From Nitrospirota bacterium (GTDB lineage: Bacteria; Nitrospirota; Thermodesulfovibrionia; Thermodesulfovibrionales; UBA1546), in contig WPIF01000003.1 of the NCBI GenBank assembly GCA_009773185.1, positions 12,760 through 76,759 on the forward strand: 64,000 nt of DNA, written 5' to 3'. The notes under the pieces were generated by a model, which saw nothing but the letters and a program-made list of their open reading frames with translations, ran no database searches and was not told the DNA's origin. A program made the position numbers and the translations under genes. Shown here piece after piece: positions 58,298-64,000 of this stretch; the stretch's first letter is position 1; each line of letters starts with the position of its first letter.

Positions 58298-58546
58298 ATG
58301 AGTACAAAATTAACTTTGCGGCTCGATGAGAAATTAATCACCAAAACAAAAAGCACAGCCAGAGCAAAAGGTGTGAGCCTGTCAAAAATGGTATCCGATT
58401 ACTTTCGCTCGGTCTCCGCGCAGCAGAAGAAAGAAACGCCTGTGTCCCCCATATTATCTGAAGTGACAGGTATTTTGTCTCTTAGGACAGATAACAGGCA
58501 GCTTTTAAAAACCCATAAGAAGCATATCGAGAAAAAGTATCTTTGA
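58298..58546 (+). CDS. RHH-type antitoxin (DUF6364-like)
   Basis: TKLTLRLDE.LI...K..A...G.SLS.MV..YF. Confidence 0.85.
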   Translation: MSTKLTLRLDEKLITKTKSTARAKGVSLSKMVSDYFRSVSAQQKKETPVSPILSEVTGILSLRTDNRQLLKTHKKHIEKKYL

Positions 58547-58959
58547 AAAAAGTCCTCTGCGATATTAATTTTATACTCGATATCTTTTTAAAACGGGAAC
58601 CTTTTTATCGTTCCGCGGCAGAGGTGTTCAGGAAAATAGAAGAACGCGAATTAAAGGGATATCTGTGCTCATTGAGTTTTCCCACTCTTTTTTATCTTTT
58701 GACAAAAGAATTAAACAGAGAAAAGGCGCTAAAGACACTTGAAAAAATCAGGATTGTCTTTAGTGTTGCACCAGTGGATGAAAAGGTAATAGATATGTCG
58801 CTGGTATCGGACTTCAGGGATTTTGAAGACGCCGTTCAATATTATTCAGCAATACATGCAAAAGCGGATTGTGTTATTACAAGGAACAAGGCTGATTACA
58901 GAGATAACCGGATTCCCGTCTTAGCGCCTGATGAGTTTCTTGCTCTGTTAGAGGAATAG
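58543..58959 (+). CDS. PIN-domain toxin
   Basis: CDINFILD, DFEDAVQY, ITRN..DY; TTGA overlap with the antitoxin. Confidence 0.88.
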   Translation: MKKVLCDINFILDIFLKREPFYRSAAEVFRKIEERELKGYLCSLSFPTLFYLLTKELNREKALKTLEKIRIVFSVAPVDEKVIDMSLVSDFRDFEDAVQYYSAIHAKADCVITRNKADYRDNRIPVLAPDEFLALLEE

Positions 58960-58974
58960 ATTTCTTTACTGAAC

Positions 58975-59001
58975 GTATGCGCATAAAAAATAATGTTAGA
59001 G
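58975..59001 (+). other. attI-like recombination core GTTAGAG preceding the FRG cassette
   Basis: GTTAGAG (58995-59001) is the exact complement of CTCTAAC at the gene end. Confidence 0.65.
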
Positions 59002-59008
59002 CTATACT

Positions 59009-59836
59009 ATGCAAAATATCGATTTAGATAACTGGGAAAAGTTCGAGGAGCAACTTAAGATACTCGAAAACGAGCGTCTTCAACACAAATATCAATCTCG
59101 CTTCATTTATCGAGGACAAGAAAATTTAAACCTATTGACCACTCTTGAGAGAAATGGACAGGAGATGCTGACATTAAAGGAATACTACCATTTGATTTCG
59201 GTGGTAAAACCTCAGATCGAGTCTTTTACCGGCATCAATTGGAACATATTGTCATATCCAAATGGCATTGATAAATGGCTTAACGAGAACAGTAGTATTA
59301 TCCCGCATGCATTTGGTTGCTCCCCTGATTTTCAAGAAATATATAGCTATATGATTTATCTTCGTCATCATGGTTTCCCTTCACCAATGATTGACTGGAC
59401 AATCTCACCATATGTTGCAGCATTCTTTGCATTCAGACGTGAATTGCAAGATGTGCGGAATGTATCAATTTACGTTTACTTAGAGTCTAAAAGTGAAATT
59501 GGATTAAAAGGTGGAGGTTGTAGCGAACCATATATTTACCAGCTTGGGCCTTACGTTAGGACAGATCGACGGCATTTTATTCAGCAGAGCCGTTATACAA
59601 TCTGCATTGTTTATGACGATGAGTGGCGATATGCACCTCACGAAAAGGCTTTCAGCCGCTGTGAGCCAGAACAGGACGCTCTATGGAAGTTCAATATACC
59701 CTATTCTGAGAGGTTGAAGGTTTTGAGGCTACTGGAGCGTTATAACATAAATGCCTTATCGCTTTTTGGGTCGGAGGAGAGCCTCATGGAAACTATGGCA
59801 TTACGTGAGATTCACCTTAGAGAAAGGAAGCTCTAA
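59009..59836 (+). CDS. FRG-domain protein (integron gene cassette)
   Basis: FIYRGQ, RHHGFPSPMIDWT.SPYVAAFFA, QQSRYT, L..YNINALSLF. Confidence 0.88.
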   Translation: MQNIDLDNWEKFEEQLKILENERLQHKYQSRFIYRGQENLNLLTTLERNGQEMLTLKEYYHLISVVKPQIESFTGINWNILSYPNGIDKWLNENSSIIPHAFGCSPDFQEIYSYMIYLRHHGFPSPMIDWTISPYVAAFFAFRRELQDVRNVSIYVYLESKSEIGLKGGGCSEPYIYQLGPYVRTDRRHFIQQSRYTICIVYDDEWRYAPHEKAFSRCEPEQDALWKFNIPYSERLKVLRLLERYNINALSLFGSEESLMETMALREIHLRERKL

Positions 59837-59963
59837 CAACGCGTTGCAATGAAATCGAACCACACGGCGCTGTTTGGGCAGGTTAGAGGTTGAGGTTTGC
59901 GAATTGGTTTATTTTCTCGGTGAAGTCATTCAGTGGTTCGATTCACTGAGCGCAGCGTTCAGC
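59831..59963 (+). mobile_element. Integron attC site (133 bp)
   Basis: CTCTAAC overlapping the stop; arms TGAAATCGAACCAC / GTGGTTCGATTCA with one extra-helical base; ends ...GCGCAGC-GTTCAGC. Confidence 0.8.
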
Positions 59964-60099
59964 GTAAGGTATAAAAAGCCCTATGGTTTTTAAGGACAGG
60001 TCTTGCGGCAAAGCATCAGGTTTCATTGGACTCCTTATAAATTTTCCTGTATCTCACCCCTTTAGAAAGTTTCTTTGCGGGACAATGCCGATAACTGGA

Positions 60100-60128
60100 T
60101 TGACATAATATGTTTGTACAATTATACT
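60100..60128 (+). promoter_or_regulatory. Sigma70 promoter with a TTGTACAA palindrome (Phd-type operator)
   Basis: TTGACA 60100, 17 nt, TATACT 60123. Confidence 0.75.
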
Positions 60129-60151
60129 AACATTAAAGGGAGGTGGATAAT

Positions 60152-60403
60152 ATGAAGTTCGTTAATGTAAGGGAATTCAGTTCAACCGCTACAAAGCTCC
60201 TCAGAGACGATGTGGAAAAGGGCAACAAAGTGATCATCACCAAACATGGCAAACCAGTTGGCCTCATTATCCCGTTTACTGACAAGATAGCGGTCGCCGA
60301 GGCGCTGCTTGAGGAAGCTGAGTCTTTATTGAAAGAAAGCGGGACCACGGAGTCCGATGTCCTTAAAGCCCTTGCAAAAGCCAGGAAAAAGGTTTATGCC
60401 TAA
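60152..60403 (+). CDS. Phd/YefM-family antitoxin
   Basis: VNVREF, KVIITKHGKPV; SD GGAGG before ATG 60152. Confidence 0.9.
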   Translation: MKFVNVREFSSTATKLLRDDVEKGNKVIITKHGKPVGLIIPFTDKIAVAEALLEEAESLLKESGTTESDVLKALAKARKKVYA

Positions 60404-60818
60404 GGTTGTGATAGACGCAAACGTTATTGTTTCTTCCCTGTTCGGAGGCACGCCGAGAAAGGCCTTCCTCAAAGCATTGAAAACCTGTGATGTTTACATC
60501 TCACCAGAAATCAGACAGGAGTTATCAGGACTGCTTGATGAGCTTGAGGGCAAGCTCGGCAGCGCAGGAATCAGGCGGCTGCGTTCTATAATCATGCGAC
60601 TGGCTTCTTATGCGACAGAGGTAACACCTTCCAAAAAGATTGACCTTTCGAGGGACAAGAAGGACAATGCCTACCTTAATCTTTGTCTTGCAGTAAGAGC
60701 GGATTTCCTGCTGACAGGAGATAAAGACCTGCTCGAAATCCCTATCAGGGAACTGAAATCTTTTGGTTTGAACAGGCTTAACATAGTCTCTCCCAAAACA
60801 TTTCTCTCCTCAGCATAA
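60396..60818 (+). CDS. PIN-family toxin (TIGR00305-like)
   Basis: VVIDANVIVS, RD.KDNAYL, LLTGDKDLL. Confidence 0.9.
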   Translation: MPKVVIDANVIVSSLFGGTPRKAFLKALKTCDVYISPEIRQELSGLLDELEGKLGSAGIRRLRSIIMRLASYATEVTPSKKIDLSRDKKDNAYLNLCLAVRADFLLTGDKDLLEIPIRELKSFGLNRLNIVSPKTFLSSA

Positions 60819-60855
60819 GACGACATTCGCTGACGCTGCGAGAAAAGCGGAACTG

Positions 60856-61006
60856 TTACCCCAGCCTGATACTCAACTTCTTCCCAAGCACAAGCGCGGC
60901 CTTCTCCAGCGTATTCAAAGTGACCGAGATATTTTTCGGGTCCAGCAGACGATCCACGGCAGTCCGGCTTGTCCGCATCCGGGTTTGCCATCTCAACTTT
61001 GGTCAA
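60856..61006 (-). pseudogene. Frameshifted, 5'-truncated XRE/HTH antitoxin remnant
   Basis: TKVEMA then, after a 1-nt shift, RMRTSRTAVDRLLDPKNISVTLNTLEKAALVLGKKLSIRLG*. Confidence 0.75.
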
Positions 61007-61102
61007 TCCTTTACAGGCATTAGACAGTTATTGTCACACATGCTAAAATGTGCAATATGGCAGAGAACCTGTATAATCTTTTACGAATAAAGGAGGCATC
61101 CA

Positions 61103-61201
61103 ATGAGTAAAGAAAAAAGCAAGAAAAAAGCAAGTGAAAAGAAAAAACCACAGCACACACTTAAAGAGAAAAGACAATTGAAAAAAGAAAAAACGTCTTA
61201 G
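61103..61201 (+). CDS. Unannotated 32-aa Lys-rich protein (MSKEKSKKKASEKKKPQHTLKEKRQLKKEKTS)
   Basis: SD AAGGAGG; TATAAT about 25 nt upstream; K.P..TLKEKR..KK pattern. Confidence 0.65.
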   Translation: MSKEKSKKKASEKKKPQHTLKEKRQLKKEKTS

Positions 61202-61232
61202 TAACGCACTAATAAAACGCAGCAGCGAGGAG

Positions 61233-63173
61233 TCAGGCCGGTTTCCCGTTGAGTTTTTCTTCAAACTCTCTGGTCTTGTCCTCAAGTTCGATATGCAGAG
61301 GTTCCAGTTCAGAGAAGAGGGAATCTATTTTTGCCTGTGAAGCGTGTAGCGCCTTTGACAGTTTATTGATTGCTGTACCATCGCCTTTAACAGAAGCATC
61401 CACAATATCTTTATTGCTCTGTTCAACCATAGCTTCAAGGCTTACTATCTCGCGTTCAATTTCAAGAATCCGTTTCTGCAACGCCCCGAGGGTCTTTGAT
61501 TTCTCATTGACCAGCTCAGCGCGGAGGCGGCGGAGGAGTTTCCTGTCTGCGGTTTTGCCCCCGTTTACTTTAGTGTCACGCTGCTTAGGGGGGATTTCAT
61601 TTTCCCATCCTACTCTGTCAAGGAAGTCCTGATACGTGCCTTCAAAAAGGGTTGCCTTTCCGCCATCAAAGACAATAAGCCTTGTCGCGATGGCATGGAG
61701 TATCATTTCGCTGTGGGTAACGATAACTACGCCGCCGCTGAAAGCATCTATCGCTTCAAGCAGGGACTCCGTAGACTCCATGTCAAGGTGGTTCGTAGGC
61801 TCATCCAGCATCAGCATATTGGCAGGGCTGACGAGCAGTTTGCCAAGCAGGACCCGGCTCTTCTCACCGCCGGAAAGGACGCTGATTTTTTTTAATGCAT
61901 CATCTCCCGGAAACATCATGACTCCGCATATCTTGCGCGCCGCGCCCCTGCTATGGTCAGGGTGTGCTTCCATTATCTCTTCTTCCACTGTCTTCTGCAG
62001 GTTAAGCCGGTTTACATTTGTCTGTCCGAAATACGCAAGCTTCAGGTCATTGTGATGGCGGACCTCGCCGCTCAAAGGATTCAATTCCCCGGCCAGAAGG
62101 TTCAGTAGCGTTGTCTTGCCCTTGCCGTTTTTACCTATTATCGCGATGCGGTCCTTCTTGCCTGCATAAAAGCTCAACCCGTCAATTAACGGCGCGCCGG
62201 GATCAAATCCAAAAGAGAGTCCTTTTACTTCCATAGGCTGTTTGCCGTTAAAGGCTGATGAGTTAAAGGTAAAGTCAAGATTCCTTGTGTCAGACAATTT
62301 TTCGAGCCGTTCCTTTTTATGCAATGCCTTGACCCTCGACTGAACCGCCTTTGCCTTTGTTGCCTTGGCCCTGAAGCGGTTTATGAACTGCTCTATCTCA
62401 TTCCGCTTTTTCTCGTCGTTTACCCGTGTCTTTTCATGTATCTCTTCTTCAAGCAGTAATTGCTGATACACATTTTGCGTAGGCCCGGCTATCTTTCTTA
62501 TCCCGCAGCGATGAATTGCCATTGTATGCGTGGTAACGCTGTCCATAAATGAGCGGTCATGCGTGATGATGATGAGCTCTTTTTTCCATGCGCGCAGGAA
62601 CCGGGCTAACCAGCGGAGCGACACGATATCGAGATAGTTTGTGGGTTCGTCAAGGAGGAGAAGGTTTGGATTGGAGACAAGTACCTTTGCCAGGGTCAGC
62701 CTCACCTGAAACCCTCCGGATAACTGCGCGGGATTGAGGACGAGGTCGTCAGCGGAAAATCCAAGGCCCATCAGGATGGCTTCTGCCTTGTAACTTTCGT
62801 CCCTGTGGTCTTCGCGAAGCGGCAGGCTCAGACATGCTTCTTTTAATACGCTCTCCTCAATAAACCGGATGTGCTGGGAGAGATGCCCGATCCTGTAGCC
62901 TGCAGGGATGCTGATAGTCCCTGAGTCCTGATGCTCCTGTCCTAATATCAGCCTGAACAGAGTGGTCTTGCCGTGGCCGTTTCTGCCCACGAGCCCAACG
63001 CGCTCTTCGGGGTTGATCGTGAAACCTGCCTTGTCGAAGAGCACCTGGCGTCCGTATGATTTTTCTAAATTATTTACCTGTATCATTCTGTTATTCTGGC
63101 CTGCTGCCTTGTCATGCTGCCGGTTAGCAGTTTCTCTGAAGCGGGATTTTTGTGCGTAGTTCTTGTTAAGCAA
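61233..63173 (-). CDS. ABC-F family ATPase (Uup/YheS-like); likely start 63086
   Basis: Two ABC domains (GRNGHGKT, LSGG, DEPTN; GKNGKGKT, LSGGEK), no TM, C-terminal coiled coil. Confidence 0.95.
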   Translation of the reverse strand: MLNKNYAQKSRFRETANRQHDKAAGQNNRMIQVNNLEKSYGRQVLFDKAGFTINPEERVGLVGRNGHGKTTLFRLILGQEHQDSGTISIPAGYRIGHLSQHIRFIEESVLKEACLSLPLREDHRDESYKAEAILMGLGFSADDLVLNPAQLSGGFQVRLTLAKVLVSNPNLLLLDEPTNYLDIVSLRWLARFLRAWKKELIIITHDRSFMDSVTTHTMAIHRCGIRKIAGPTQNVYQQLLLEEEIHEKTRVNDEKKRNEIEQFINRFRAKATKAKAVQSRVKALHKKERLEKLSDTRNLDFTFNSSAFNGKQPMEVKGLSFGFDPGAPLIDGLSFYAGKKDRIAIIGKNGKGKTTLLNLLAGELNPLSGEVRHHNDLKLAYFGQTNVNRLNLQKTVEEEIMEAHPDHSRGAARKICGVMMFPGDDALKKISVLSGGEKSRVLLGKLLVSPANMLMLDEPTNHLDMESTESLLEAIDAFSGGVVIVTHSEMILHAIATRLIVFDGGKATLFEGTYQDFLDRVGWENEIPPKQRDTKVNGGKTADRKLLRRLRAELVNEKSKTLGALQKRILEIEREIVSLEAMVEQSNKDIVDASVKGDGTAINKLSKALHASQAKIDSLFSELEPLHIELEDKTREFEEKLNGKPA

Positions 63174-63275
63174 AAAAACAGTCCGCAGTTAGTATTATAT
63201 GATTTATGACGGAGTTAATTCAATATCTCTGAACTCTCCAAAGAAAGCTGCAACATCTGAGCGCTTTTGTTCAGG

Positions 63276-63956
63276 TCATGAACCGCGTACAGCGATCCAT
63301 ATCGTATGCCGTCCTCCGCCACGTGAACCGCGGGCGTATGCACTGACCTCCTTTACCTCAAACCCTGCCTGTTTCAGACGCCGGGTAAAAGAACGATCGG
63401 AACTGACTGACCATACTGCCAGCACGCCCTTAGTCCGCAGCGCTGCGAAGGCTGCTTCCAGTCCTTCCTTTGCATAGAGCCAGTCATTGCCTTTGCGGGT
63501 CAGGCCCTCAGGGCCGTTATCTATATCAAGCAGGATTACGTCGTAGTCACAACGTTTCTCTTTCAGCACCTGGGCAACGTCGGCCTCGCGAATAGTAACC
63601 CGTTTATCCTGAAGGGGATGACCGGCCAGGCCTGCAAGGAGTTTCCTGTTCCACTCTATCACTGCCGGTACCAGTTCGGCCACTACAACACTTGCATTGG
63701 GGCCGAGCCTGTTCAGGGCTGCTGCCAGTGTATACCCCATGCCCAGCCCGCCTATCAAAACCCTGGGATTGGGACGGCCTGCTACCACCTTTGCACAGGC
63801 CAGTTCAGCCAGAGCGTCCTCTGACCCATGCACAGAACTGTTCATGAGTTCACAATTGTTTACCCTGATAGAGAACTCCCTGCCTCGCTTGTAGAGGCAA
63901 AGCTCTCCATTGTTTCCGGGTACCTGAACGCTGTCGAGTAATTCCCATGGAATCAT
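63276..63956 (-). CDS. Spermidine-synthase-like SAM-dependent methyltransferase fold protein
   Basis: LMNS..HGSE..LA, VLIGGLGMGYT, ILLDIDNGP. Confidence 0.85.
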   Translation of the reverse strand: MIPWELLDSVQVPGNNGELCLYKRGREFSIRVNNCELMNSSVHGSEDALAELACAKVVAGRPNPRVLIGGLGMGYTLAAALNRLGPNASVVVAELVPAVIEWNRKLLAGLAGHPLQDKRVTIREADVAQVLKEKRCDYDVILLDIDNGPEGLTRKGNDWLYAKEGLEAAFAALRTKGVLAVWSVSSDRSFTRRLKQAGFEVKEVSAYARGSRGGGRHTIWIAVRGS

Positions 63957-64000
63957 GGCTGTCTCATGCGTTGTTCCCTATAATATTTATAGCGGCCTTT

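Noticed and set aside
58970-59001. Chromosomal dif site
   Set aside because: The XerC-like arm matches, but spacing to the XerD-like arm is 2 nt short; better explained as an attI-like site.
60671-61006. 111-aa minus-strand ORF as an intact gene
   Set aside because: Only its first six residues share a frame with the HTH homology; the rest is off-frame, so it is called a pseudogene.
61043-61285. Phe-rich 80-aa minus-strand ORF
   Set aside because: Antisense of the Lys-rich 32-aa ORF, which has the SD and promoter.

Overview
64 kb of chromosome from a Gram-negative bacterium. The gene style suggests an anaerobic lineage such as Nitrospirota or Desulfobacterota, but this is inference only. The backbone is housekeeping: comM, polX, PBP1A, gmhA-ruvC, dusB, priA, kdsB-pyrG-kdsA-kdsD-kdsC-pgsA-plsY, queC, oppD/F-like ATPases, a DEAD-box helicase and an ABC-F. 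Four accessory inserts lack any integrase in the window. (1) A vapBC pair at about 0.95-1.6 kb. (2) A 7.4 kb BaeSR + TolC/MacAB-like efflux island flanked by a perfect 93-bp duplication of the comM 3' end. (3) A 5 kb AT-rich defence-type island behind tRNA-Leu(GAG), carrying an HD-hydrolase + GlnD/DUF294-like nucleotidyltransferase pair that I cannot match to a named system, convergent with a three-gene Lamassu/ABC-3C-like HNH system. (4) A toxin-antitoxin cluster at 58-61 kb containing an integron-type FRG gene cassette (core site + attC) with no intI. Across the window runs a family of 7/8-nt tandem-repeat arms, often paired and partly complementary. They sit between genes, flank accessory genes and are inserted in frame into at least five housekeeping genes. 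Other observations: two copies of a covarying ~130-nt strand-specific hairpin element, 27-bp palindromes inside yhcG, a beta-defensin-like/cupredoxin fusion, a CxxCH-bearing sensor kinase, a PriA with degenerate helicase motifs and two unannotated ~30-aa basic proteins. All family calls are by eye from motifs; no searches were run.
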